Shown: in pieces, positions 18,335-27,807 of the stretch | How positions within the stretch are numbered: the stretch's first letter is position 1 | Layout of the letters: each line of letters opens with the position of its first letter | DNA from: Planctomycetota bacterium | GTDB taxonomy: Bacteria > Planctomycetota > GCA-002687715 > CAIWVZ01 | Direction: 5' to 3' | Length of the DNA: 64,000 nt | Assembly: GCA_044222185.1 (NCBI GenBank) | Contig: JBGANV010000004.1 | Location: forward strand, 64,001-128,000 | Made by a program: the position numbers and the translations under genes | Notes under the pieces: generated by a model | What the model saw: the letters and a program-made list of their open reading frames with translations, nothing else | What the model was told of the DNA's origin: nothing | Databases searched by the model: none

Positions 18335-20536
18335 ATGGCATCAGACGGATCGCGCGTACTCACCGAGGCGGAGCGCCGGGACCTGCTCGATCGTTTCAGT
18401 GTCGAGATCGGACGCGCGGCACCGCCGTTGGGGTTGAGGGTCGCGAGCGTGCTCGCGCTCGTGTTGCTCGTGGTGCTGCCGCTCGTGTACTTCGGCATCG
18501 TCGCCGCGATCCTCTGGGCGACGTGGTGGCACGCGACCCATGGCGCGTGGGTGCTGCAGATGAAGTCGTCGCGGAGGGCGGGGATCATCCTCTACGTCAT
18601 GCTTCTGGTCGCAGGGCCCGTCACCGTGTTCTTCCTCCTCAAGCCGTTCTTCAGGAAGCGCCTCGAGGCTTCGGCGTCGGACGAGCCGCTCGAGTTGGCC
18701 GAGAAGGAGCAGCCGTTCCTCTTTGCGTACGTGGCCACGCTGTGCCGGGCGCTCCGTGCGCCAATCCCGCACCGCGTCGTCGTCGACTGCGAGGCGAACG
18801 CATCGGCCGGCTTCCACGACGCGAGAGCCGGGCTTCTGGGGAAGACGCGCGTCCTCACCCTTGGGCTGCCGTACGTGGGTGCCATGACGCTCGCCGAGCT
18901 CACATCGGTGCTCGCGCACGAATTCGGCCACTTCACCCAGGGCGGCGGCATCTGGCTTCACATGACGATCCGCAGGCTCGTCGACTGGTACGGGCGTGTC
19001 GTGTTCGAACGAGACTCCTGGGACGAGAAGCTGACGGCCGCTGCGAGGAAGGGAGGCCGGTTCGCCGTGCTCGCGTGGGCTGCGATCGCCCTCCTCTGGA
19101 TCGTGCGCAAGCTGCTGTTTGGGGTCTTGTGGCTCGGGCTCGCGTTCGCGTCGTGGCTCAGCCGCCAGCTCGAGTTTCACGCCGACCGATTCGCTGCCCG
19201 CATGTTGGGAGCGATCCCGACGAGTCACGGCCTGGCAATCGCCCGCCGCGCGGCGACGGCCGTGCGATGGTCTCGCGGTTTCGGGCGGATGCGCTTCGAA
19301 TCGTCCGACGAGGTGACCTCGAACTTCCCGGAGCTCGTCCGACTGGTGGCTGAAACCACGACGGCCGCCACGTGGGCCGAGGTCGACGCCGCCGCGAGTG
19401 CGAGTCCTTCGTCGCGTTTCTCGACGCATCCGTCCGCCGCCGACCGCGCCGCCGCCGCCCAGCGCGTGGAGGCGGCGGGAAGGATCCAACTGCCGGAGCT
19501 TCCCGCGACCGTGCTTCTCGCCGACCACGTGGGTGTTTGCGAGCGCGCAACATCCCGCGAGTACGCCGACCTCTTCGCGCGCTTCCCGACGACGGGAACG
19601 GTCGCGCCGGCCGTGCTGCTCTGGTCGGCGCGCGTCGAAGCCGAGCTCCCGCCCGCAGCCGAGCGGTTCTTCCAGGGCGCGCTCGATCGTCGTCGCGCGT
19701 TCGACGTGCCGGGATCGATCGACCCGCCGGAAGGCGCGCTCGACTCCGTGTCGGACGGCCTTCGCGCGTTGCGGAAGTCGATCATCGCCGAGGCACCCGG
19801 CTACGTTTCACTCGTCGACGCCTGGAGCGAACCGCTCCTGAACGTGGACATCGCGCAGGCCGCGGACGTGGCCTTGGCCGCCGACCTCGGGTACTCGGCG
19901 TCCGACCTGGGGCTCAGCGCCGCGACCCGCGAGGCCGCACGGGACGCGATTGCCGCTGCGCGCGCGAAGATGGACGGGCTGGCTTCGACACTCGAGCCCT
20001 TCGAGAGGGCCGTCGCCGCCCGATTGCGGATCTCCCTCGGCCTCTTCGGTCGGCCGGACGTGCGCGCAGCGATCGACCGCGGCGGTGAAGCGCTCGCGGA
20101 GATCGCGCATCTGTTGCCCATCGCTCGCTCGATGGGGCACGCCATTCCCAAGGCGATTGCGTTGTACGTGACCGTCGACTCGGCGACCCGACTCCAAGGT
20201 GGGTCGTCGAATCATCGCGATCGACGCAAGGTGGCGGCGGCATCCTCCGATCAGGCGGAGCGCCTGCGTTCGGTCGCGACCGAGATCGTCGCTGCGTTGG
20301 AGAGGATCCCGTGGCCCGTTCGCGAGGGCGGCGGCGCTCGCACGATGGCGTCCCATCTCGAACCGGTGCCTGCTGCCGCCGCCGGCCTGGACGGCGTGAT
20401 GACGGCAGCGAAGGGGGTCGTGCGGCGCTTCGGCTCGCAGTGGTTCTACACCATGGGACGACTTGCACAGCTCGCCGAACGCGCGGAGCAGCACGTGGGG
20501 CTGGAGCCGCTCGCGCCCCCAGCGAAGGCGAGCTGA
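18335..20536 (+). CDS. M48 family membrane zinc metalloprotease
   Basis: Two N-terminal TMs; NASA; LAHEFGHF; SRQLEFHADRFA; STHP motif. Confidence 0.88.
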   Translation: MASDGSRVLTEAERRDLLDRFSVEIGRAAPPLGLRVASVLALVLLVVLPLVYFGIVAAILWATWWHATHGAWVLQMKSSRRAGIILYVMLLVAGPVTVFFLLKPFFRKRLEASASDEPLELAEKEQPFLFAYVATLCRALRAPIPHRVVVDCEANASAGFHDARAGLLGKTRVLTLGLPYVGAMTLAELTSVLAHEFGHFTQGGGIWLHMTIRRLVDWYGRVVFERDSWDEKLTAAARKGGRFAVLAWAAIALLWIVRKLLFGVLWLGLAFASWLSRQLEFHADRFAARMLGAIPTSHGLAIARRAATAVRWSRGFGRMRFESSDEVTSNFPELVRLVAETTTAATWAEVDAAASASPSSRFSTHPSAADRAAAAQRVEAAGRIQLPELPATVLLADHVGVCERATSREYADLFARFPTTGTVAPAVLLWSARVEAELPPAAERFFQGALDRRRAFDVPGSIDPPEGALDSVSDGLRALRKSIIAEAPGYVSLVDAWSEPLLNVDIAQAADVALAADLGYSASDLGLSAATREAARDAIAAARAKMDGLASTLEPFERAVAARLRISLGLFGRPDVRAAIDRGGEALAEIAHLLPIARSMGHAIPKAIALYVTVDSATRLQGGSSNHRDRRKVAAASSDQAERLRSVATEIVAALERIPWPVREGGGARTMASHLEPVPAAAAGLDGVMTAAKGVVRRFGSQWFYTMGRLAQLAERAEQHVGLEPLAPPAKAS

Positions 20537-20537
20537 C

Positions 20538-21806
20538 GTGTCGACCGCACCCGCGCGGAATCGATCAGGCGACGAGCGCCTGTGGTTGATGGGCGCGTGG
20601 GTCGCCCTCGCACTCATGGTCGTCGGCGCGACGACCCACGGGTTGGTCGTCCTGTGCAGCGGCGCCTGGGTGCTCGAGCGGTTGCAGATCCTCATCGACC
20701 TCGCGCGCGTCACGCCGCCCCCGCACCGTGCGACGCTCTGGTGGCCCTCCGCCGTGCTTCTCGTTTCCGTCGGCTGGTTGTTCGGCGTGCTGGTACCTCT
20801 GCGCGGGAAGTGGCGTCGGCCCCGATCGCGAGGAGCGGGGCGGTTCCTCGATCGCGAACGCGATGTGGCGTCGTTCGAGGAGATCGGTCGCCTCGCGCGT
20901 GCGGCGGGCGCCCCCGATCCCGAGTCCGTCTTCGTCGATGCCACGGCGGACGTGTGGGTTGAACCGGACCGGAGGCGGCTCGACGGATCGTCGCTTCGTC
21001 GCGGGACGCTCGTCGTCGGAATGAACCTGGTCGCGACGACGTCGGCGGACGTCGTTCGAGCGGCCATCGCGCGTGCGTTCGCGGAGACCGTGCCGAAGTC
21101 GGTGAGCAGAGTTCACGAATGGCTCGACCACCTGGGTACGCGATGCTGGGACATCCTGGGAGGTGATGACGACTCTCCGGTTCACTCCGACGACCTCGGG
21201 GACGTGCGTCGTCCACCCCGTCGTTTCCTCGTCGGCGGCGACGCCTTCGTTCTCACCGTGATCGGACGATGTGCGTTCAGCGTCCCTTGCCTTCCCTTCC
21301 TCTGGCTCGCTCCGAGGCTCCTGCGGGCGCGTGAGCGGCGTGTCGATCGCGTCGCGGCGTCGATCGTCGAGGTTCAGGCGATGCGGGAGTGGTTGCGTGC
21401 GGACCTTCGCGCGCGCGTCGCCGAGCGCCGCGTGAAGCGCGCGCTGGCGGAGCGATTCGACCGCGGAGAGCCGTGGGCGGAAGATCTACCGGCACTCTGT
21501 CGGGATGCCGTGGGCTCCGTTGGGGATCGCGCGTGGATGCGGATTCGTGACGTCTTCACGGCGGACGACGTCCCTGCGTTCGCGCCGTCATCGGGACGCT
21601 ACGTGCGCGATTCGGCGTTGGCGGACCTGGGACTTCATCGCGGCACACCCGACGTGCCGTCGGGCGAGACGCTTTTTGGAGACTTCGCCGAGCTCTGTCG
21701 TGCCGTGACTCGCGCCTGGTACGAAGCGGGCGGCGCCGAGGCGTCGCGCCCGGTGATCACTCGACGATCTTCCCCTCCACGATCTTCTTCTCGCGATGCT
21801 TCTTGA
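20538..21806 (+). CDS. M48-like paralog lacking the HExxH zinc motif
   Basis: Colinear with the upstream M48 (TMs, GAPxP, LVVG, ExxxDxxA), but HEFGH is replaced by RAFAE. GTG start lies 1 nt after the upstream stop. Confidence 0.6.
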   Translation: MSTAPARNRSGDERLWLMGAWVALALMVVGATTHGLVVLCSGAWVLERLQILIDLARVTPPPHRATLWWPSAVLLVSVGWLFGVLVPLRGKWRRPRSRGAGRFLDRERDVASFEEIGRLARAAGAPDPESVFVDATADVWVEPDRRRLDGSSLRRGTLVVGMNLVATTSADVVRAAIARAFAETVPKSVSRVHEWLDHLGTRCWDILGGDDDSPVHSDDLGDVRRPPRRFLVGGDAFVLTVIGRCAFSVPCLPFLWLAPRLLRARERRVDRVAASIVEVQAMREWLRADLRARVAERRVKRALAERFDRGEPWAEDLPALCRDAVGSVGDRAWMRIRDVFTADDVPAFAPSSGRYVRDSALADLGLHRGTPDVPSGETLFGDFAELCRAVTRAWYEAGGAEASRPVITRRSSPPRSSSRDAS

Positions 21807-23619
21807 GGACGAAGTCGAGGAAGCCCAGGTAGCCCTTTTCGATCGTGTCGAGCCCGTATTTGCCGAAGACCTGCTTGAAGGCCTCCATGCCTGACTTGCC
21901 GTTCAGTTCCATGCGCATGTACTCGAGCCAGTCCTTGGCGTATTTCCCGCCCTCGCCGTGGTTCAGGTAGTAGACGAGCGCCCAACCCTGGGCGTACGTG
22001 AGCTCGGCCCACAGGTGATCCTTGTTGTTCTTCTTCGACCACTCTTCGCGCGTGATCGCGACGAGCTCGTCGAACTTGATGAGTCGCTTCATGGCGCGGG
22101 CGAGGGTCAGCGTGATCATGCGCGTGTCGTTGATGCGGCCCGGCTCGTAGACGACCGATCCGGTGACGGGGTCGCGCTCGGCGCTCTTGCCGTGGCCGCC
22201 GAAGTACTCGGCGATGCCCTCGCTGAACCACATGGACTGCTTCGACTGGACCTCGGCGTCCTTCACGGCGTTCTTGTGATCGAAGAGCATGTGCGTGCCT
22301 TCGTGGAAGATCACGTTCCGCTCGTCCTCCTCCGTCGACTTGTAGATGATGATGCGCCGCTCCGTCGGCTCGTAGTGCCCGGCGGAAAGCACGGGCACGG
22401 TTTCGTGGCGCTGCTGATACTTGACGTAGTCCTCGCGTGAGCGCAGGAAGATCACGGGCGGCGCCGACATGGAACCGGAGAAGTCGATCTCCTTCGCGTA
22501 GCGGCGACGCCAGGTGTCTTCGAGCGTCCGCAACATCTGGACGATCTCGTAGGCGCGATCGACGGACCGCTCCTTCGGGTCTTTCTGGACGAGGATCAGG
22601 TAGGGCCTGACGATGAATGGATCGAACGCGTTCTCCTGGCCCGGGTCCTTGAAGTAGTCGCCGAGTTCGCCCTCGACGCGGAGCGCCGCCTTCTCCGCCT
22701 TCGTGTAGAACCAACTCACGTTGCCCGCAGAACGATCTTCGAAGAGCCTGGTTCCCTCGCCCAGGATCGCACCGAACCGGCCGGCGTCGGGGCCGGCGAG
22801 CCACGCGACGTCCGGCGAGAAGCCGAGATTGCGCTCGCGTCTCGTTGCGTCTCGTTGCTTGTCGGCGGCCGCCGCGACTTCCTCGAGCGCGGCTGCGAGT
22901 TTCGACGGGGTGTTCTTCGACGCGAGCCACGCGTCCACTTCGTTCTTCGAGCAGCGCAGGTCACCGAGCTCCGCGTGTGCGGGAGCGAAATCCGGATCGG
23001 CTGCGAGCGCGTTCTTCAGACAGGCGGTGATGCGTGTTTCGAACTCCCGGATCTCCGGGCTTGCGGGCGTCGCCGCCCTCACCGTCTCGAGCTGTTTTCG
23101 GCCGAACTGAGCGGCGTCGACCCATTCCTGCGGCGACTTGGCCACGTGGATGCGTGTCTTGAAGCGAACGAGTTCGGTCGAGCCGCTCTCGTCATCGGCG
23201 GGGGGCGTCGGTTTCGGCAACGCTGCCGGCGTCTGGGCAATCGGCACTTCGGTTTGGAGTGGGCGCGATTCGGCGCCGCGCGATGGCGGGGGAGATGCGC
23301 TCGGGCTCGGCGATGGCGATGAAGGCTGCGTCGGGGCCTTTGGGGTCGGCGCTCCTTCGCCTCCGCGAAACAGGAAGAACGCGGCCACGAGCGCCAGCAC
23401 GCCGCCGCCCGAGAGCCACAGCACGAGCCCGGGGTTTCTGCTGCTCGATCGCGGCGCTGGCGCATCGGGGCGATGCACGCGCCGCGGCGGCTGACGGGGC
23501 GGCGTCGTCGGTTTGACGACGCGGACGTCGGCGCCGCAGGAGCCACAGGTGAACACGGACGGAAGATCCGCAGACGCTTCGAACTCGGCGCCGCACGCGC
23601 GACATGTGACCGGTTGCAC
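21757..23619 (-). CDS. Zinc-ribbon + TM + DUF1570-like gluzincin protein
   Basis: CRAC...CGSC ribbon, Pro-rich linker, TM, FHEGTH...WFSEGIAEYF, YAQGWALVYYL. GTG start with GGAGG Shine-Dalgarno. Confidence 0.75.
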   Translation of the reverse strand: MQPVTCRACGAEFEASADLPSVFTCGSCGADVRVVKPTTPPRQPPRRVHRPDAPAPRSSSRNPGLVLWLSGGGVLALVAAFFLFRGGEGAPTPKAPTQPSSPSPSPSASPPPSRGAESRPLQTEVPIAQTPAALPKPTPPADDESGSTELVRFKTRIHVAKSPQEWVDAAQFGRKQLETVRAATPASPEIREFETRITACLKNALAADPDFAPAHAELGDLRCSKNEVDAWLASKNTPSKLAAALEEVAAAADKQRDATRRERNLGFSPDVAWLAGPDAGRFGAILGEGTRLFEDRSAGNVSWFYTKAEKAALRVEGELGDYFKDPGQENAFDPFIVRPYLILVQKDPKERSVDRAYEIVQMLRTLEDTWRRRYAKEIDFSGSMSAPPVIFLRSREDYVKYQQRHETVPVLSAGHYEPTERRIIIYKSTEEDERNVIFHEGTHMLFDHKNAVKDAEVQSKQSMWFSEGIAEYFGGHGKSAERDPVTGSVVYEPGRINDTRMITLTLARAMKRLIKFDELVAITREEWSKKNNKDHLWAELTYAQGWALVYYLNHGEGGKYAKDWLEYMRMELNGKSGMEAFKQVFGKYGLDTIEKGYLGFLDFVLKKHREKKIVEGKIVE

Positions 23620-23747
23620 GCCCGACCTCCTGATGCCTGAGGAACCGGTGGGTGATGGCGGGCCGGTTCGTCGCGGGCGAATTGTAGTCGACGCTGTACA
23701 CTCACGCCCGGGTTGCGGAGCGTCCATCCGCACCCTCGGGGTTCAAC

Positions 23748-26147
23748 ATGAGGGATGTCGTCCGGGTTCTCGTCGCGATTGCGGTCAGCGTGACGGGTCT
23801 TTGTGCGCAGCAGGCCTACAAGCTCCCGCCGAAGGAAGTCGTCGCGCTCGTGGACGCGCCGGTCCCTCCATCGGTGTCCGTCAGCCCGACCGGCGATCGG
23901 GTCGCGTTCCTGACGGTGGAGCCGAACCCGCCGATCTCCATGGTGGCGCGGCCGTTCGCCCGGCTCGCTGGCATGCGAATCGACCTGGGGAGAGGCTCTC
24001 GGCAGAGGACCGGACGCGTGACGAAGCTGCACGTCGACCCGCTTCCGGGTGTCGAGGGCGGGCCATTCGAGTTCGCGGCGCCGGCGGATTCGACGCTCCA
24101 ACACGTCAGCTGGTCGCCGGACGGGCGCCGGATCGCGTTCTCGGTCGACGATCAGAGCGGAGTGCAACTGTGGATCGCGGACGTGGTCGCCGGCAAGGCC
24201 GAGGCGGTCGCCGGGCTTCGGTTGAACGACGTACTCGGCGTGCCGTTCTCGTGGACCGGTGGTGACTCGCTGCTCGTGATGGTCGTACCGCCGGACCGAG
24301 GCGCGCCGCCGAAGCCGTCGCCCGTGCCGTCGGGCCCGGTCACGGAGGAGACGTCGGGCCGGGTGTCGAAAGTGGCGACCTATCAGGATCTCCTGCGCAA
24401 CGCCGATGACGAGGCGCTGTTCGAGTACTTCGCCACGAATCGGCTCGTCGCTGTGACCCTGGGATCGCCTCCCGTTCCGATCGGCGCGCCCGGGATGATC
24501 ACCGACGCTGAATGGTCGCCCGACCACAAGCTCATCCTCGTGACGCGGATCACGAAACCCTTCAGCTATCGGGTTCCGTCGGGGTCGTTCGCCCATGCGA
24601 TCGAGGTTCTCGGTGCCGACGGTGGGCTCATGAAGGCGATCGCGCAATTGCCGATCGCCGATACGACGCCGCCGCAGGGTGTTCCGACCGGCCCGCGCGC
24701 CGTGCGCTGGCAGCCGCACGAACCGGCGACGTTGATCTGGACCGAAGCTCTCGATGAAGGTGATCCGCTCAAGAAAGTGCCTCATCGCGACCGCCTGGTG
24801 GCGTGGGCCGCGCCGTTCGCCGATGCCGCGCGTGAGATCGCGCGCGTGAAGAACCGGCTCGTGAACATCACGTGGCTCGGAACGAAGGGGCAGGGACTCA
24901 TGACCGAGTCCGATCGCGATCGGCGCTGGCGGACGACGTCGCTCGTCGACGTCACGGCGAACCCGATGACGACGAAGGTGCTCTTCGATCTGAGCCAGAA
25001 CGACGCCTACAACAATCCGGGCATGCCCGTGATGGTGACGCGAGCGGACGGCGATCGCGTCATCCGGCAGGACGGGTCGGCGATCTTCATGCGCGGTGAT
25101 GGCGCCACGCCGAAAGGTGAGCGGCCGTTCCTCGATCGCGTCGATCTGGCGACCGGCGAGAAGAAGCGGCTGTTCCAATCGGCCGAGGATCGGCGCGACA
25201 GCTTCGTTGCGTTCGCCGGCCCCGGGAGCGATCGCGTCGTCGTCGAGCACCAGAGCACCACCGACCCGGAAAACTGGTTCGTCGTCGAGCTGGCGTCCGG
25301 CGAGAAGAAGGCTCTGACGGCGTTCGCCGATCCCGCGCCCGAGCTCCGCGGAGTGAAGAAGGAGCTGATCACCTACAAGCGCGCTGATGGCGTGCCGCTC
25401 TCGGGGACCCTGTACCTGCCGGCGGGATATCAGCCGGGGACGCGGTTGCCGGCGCTGATCTGGGCCTACCCGCTCGAGTATTCGGACGCTGGCACGGCCG
25501 GGCAGGTGCGCGGGTCACCGAACCGGTTCACGCGCCTTTCGGGAGCCTCGCCGCTGTTTCTGCTGACCCAGGGATACGCCGTGCTGATGGACGCGACGAT
25601 GCCCGTCGTCGGCGATCCGGAACACATGAACGACACGTTCGTCGATCAGATCGTCGGCTCGGCGAAGGCGGCGATCGACAAACTCGATGAGATGGGCGTG
25701 GTCGATCCCAAGCGCGTGGCCGTGTCGGGACACAGCTACGGCGCGTTCATGACGGCGAACCTCCTCGCGCATTGCGATCTGTTCGCCGCCGGCATCGCGC
25801 GAAGCGGAGCCTACAACCGGACGCTCACGCCGTTCGGGTTCCAAAGCGAGCGCCGCTCGTACTGGGAAGCGACGGACCTCTACACGCGCATGTCGCCGTT
25901 CACCTACGCCAACAAGATCAACGAGCCCTTGCTCATGATCCACGGCGAGGCCGACGACAATCCGGGGACGCACACGATCCAGTCCGAGCGATTGTTCCAG
26001 GCGATTCGCGGTCATGGCGGCACCGCTCGGCTCGTGCTGCTTCCATCCGAGGCTCACGGCTATCGGGCCCGCGAGTCGATCCTCCACGTCCTCGCCGAAA
26101 CGATCGAGTGGGCGGACCGCTACGTGAAGAACAAGAAGGTGGATTGA
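23748..26147 (+). CDS. S9 prolyl oligopeptidase family (glutamyl endopeptidase-like), secreted
   Basis: Signal peptide; WSPD propeller repeats; GHSYGAFMTANLL nucleophile motif; HGEADDN; EAHGY. Confidence 0.92.
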   Translation: MRDVVRVLVAIAVSVTGLCAQQAYKLPPKEVVALVDAPVPPSVSVSPTGDRVAFLTVEPNPPISMVARPFARLAGMRIDLGRGSRQRTGRVTKLHVDPLPGVEGGPFEFAAPADSTLQHVSWSPDGRRIAFSVDDQSGVQLWIADVVAGKAEAVAGLRLNDVLGVPFSWTGGDSLLVMVVPPDRGAPPKPSPVPSGPVTEETSGRVSKVATYQDLLRNADDEALFEYFATNRLVAVTLGSPPVPIGAPGMITDAEWSPDHKLILVTRITKPFSYRVPSGSFAHAIEVLGADGGLMKAIAQLPIADTTPPQGVPTGPRAVRWQPHEPATLIWTEALDEGDPLKKVPHRDRLVAWAAPFADAAREIARVKNRLVNITWLGTKGQGLMTESDRDRRWRTTSLVDVTANPMTTKVLFDLSQNDAYNNPGMPVMVTRADGDRVIRQDGSAIFMRGDGATPKGERPFLDRVDLATGEKKRLFQSAEDRRDSFVAFAGPGSDRVVVEHQSTTDPENWFVVELASGEKKALTAFADPAPELRGVKKELITYKRADGVPLSGTLYLPAGYQPGTRLPALIWAYPLEYSDAGTAGQVRGSPNRFTRLSGASPLFLLTQGYAVLMDATMPVVGDPEHMNDTFVDQIVGSAKAAIDKLDEMGVVDPKRVAVSGHSYGAFMTANLLAHCDLFAAGIARSGAYNRTLTPFGFQSERRSYWEATDLYTRMSPFTYANKINEPLLMIHGEADDNPGTHTIQSERLFQAIRGHGGTARLVLLPSEAHGYRARESILHVLAETIEWADRYVKNKKVD

Positions 26148-26156
26148 TCCAACACG

Positions 26157-26405
26157 CGGAGCGCCAGGCTCCGCCTGGCCGGATCGGCGGGGCTCCGCCC
26201 CGCCGCGAACGTCGACGAGCGTCCCCGATCGCCACCCACCGAGTGACCACAGCCCGCCGCCGACCCTGGCCCTGCGGAAACCCTGCCGCCAGTCGCATTC
26301 GAGCGCGGCGTTCCGTTCGGACCGAATTCTGGACGCAAACACGGAGCGCCAGGCTCCGCCTGGCCGGATCGGCGGGGCTCCGCCCCGCCGCGACCATCGA
26401 CGAGC
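26157..26405. repeat. Two 64-bp direct repeats (26157-26220, 26342-26405), each with two hairpins; REP/BIME-like
   Basis: cggagcgccaggctccgcctggccggatcggcggggctccgccccgccgcga(ac g/cc a)tcgacgagc occurs twice; both hairpins have a GGC-TCC-GCC core. Confidence 0.85.
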
Positions 26406-26513
26406 CTCCGTCGGTCGCAAACCGTCGAGCGCCCGGAGCCAGCCTCCGTCCCAGGCAGGTCAGAGCCCCACCAACCGGCCGCGCTGAAACGCGGCGCTTC
26501 GTCGCGCTCGAAA

Positions 26514-27647
26514 TCAGAACATCGCGATCGGCTGACCCGCCGCGTTGAGGATGAAGGTGATCTGCTTGTTGGCGAGATCGTTCACGCTGGCACCGGTGCC
26601 CGTGAACAGCTCGAAGGGCGCCGACGTCGCATCGCCGGGAAGCGCATTCTGGTTGCCCAGGCTCATGTTGATCGGATAGGCCACGCCACCGACGGCCGGC
26701 GCGAGTCCCACGAGCCCATCGAGTGACGACATGGACCCGTAGTCGAGCACGACGGCTCCGGGAAGGAGCGTGATCTTGAAGCTGTTGCCGGCTCCGACGT
26801 TCACGAACTCGGGCACGTTGACCCACGTGACCTCCGCCATCGTCGCTCCGTCCGTGTAGAAGTCGAGCGAGCCGTGCGCGGGCGCGACTCCGCCGCCGAC
26901 GTTGAGGTCGTCCCACCACGCGCAGATCTTCGCCCCGCCCACGACGGAGACGAGGCTCGCGGCCGACTCCGTGAAGGACGTCGCCGCGGCGGTCGATACG
27001 AAGCCGTTCGAACAGGCGAACAGGGTCGTGTAGGTGGTCCCGTAGAACTGGAACGAGAACCCGCCGAGCGAGATCGCTGCCGTCGTGTCGTCGCCCGCGC
27101 CCGCGACGAGCGCTGCCGCCGGGTTCGGCACCGCGTTGCCCGCCGCCAGATTTGGATCGACCACGTCGAACACGTTGAACGCCGCCGAGAGCTGGACGGT
27201 CGTTGGATACGCCGGGTTGAAGAACGCCGACTGGGCCGCGAAGTTGAACCCCGCGGATTGCGGCGCGTTCGGGAAGTAGAACGCCATGTTTCCCGCAGCG
27301 TTCGTGTGGAGGAACTGGGCGAGCCCGCTCGGTATGAATCCCCCCGTTCCATCGAGGACGATCGTGAGCGAGGGAACGTCGATGTCGAGCGAGTTGTTCG
27401 GCCCGAGGACGAGCTGGTTCGCGGCGAACGAGTTGGCGATGGCGACCACGATCGGTGAGTTCGGCAACCCGCTGAACGTCGTCGTCAACCCTGCACCGAT
27501 CGGACTGTGTGATGGGATCGGACCCGTGAGCCCGACGCCGACACCGTTGACGAGGAACTGGTGATGGCCCGCGACGTTCGACGTCTGGGCCGCACCGGTG
27601 AGGGAGAGCAACGTTGCGACCGCGAGGCCGCCCATGCGGATCTTCAT
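26514..27647 (-). CDS. Secreted protein with nidogen (NIDO)-like domain
   Basis: Signal peptide; DD...LGGFSFQFYGTTY...SNGF...WWDDL pattern typical of NIDO-like domains. Confidence 0.65.
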   Translation of the reverse strand: MKIRMGGLAVATLLSLTGAAQTSNVAGHHQFLVNGVGVGLTGPIPSHSPIGAGLTTTFSGLPNSPIVVAIANSFAANQLVLGPNNSLDIDVPSLTIVLDGTGGFIPSGLAQFLHTNAAGNMAFYFPNAPQSAGFNFAAQSAFFNPAYPTTVQLSAAFNVFDVVDPNLAAGNAVPNPAAALVAGAGDDTTAAISLGGFSFQFYGTTYTTLFACSNGFVSTAAATSFTESAASLVSVVGGAKICAWWDDLNVGGGVAPAHGSLDFYTDGATMAEVTWVNVPEFVNVGAGNSFKITLLPGAVVLDYGSMSSLDGLVGLAPAVGGVAYPINMSLGNQNALPGDATSAPFELFTGTGASVNDLANKQITFILNAAGQPIAMF

Positions 27648-27807
27648 GATCTCGACTCCGTGACCGAACGCCGGCGCACTCCTACGAGGCAACTCGGGAG
27701 CCCGGTCGGTGCCCATGATAGTCCAACGCGCCTCGGAGCGACCGTGCACTCCCTCGACGGCGGGGTCAAACCCGCCGCGCCGCGAGTGTTCTCGCAGGCA
27801 CGGCACC

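Noticed and set aside
26157-26405. CRISPR array
   Set aside because: Only two 64-bp units with a 121-bp gap and no cas genes; REP-like instead.
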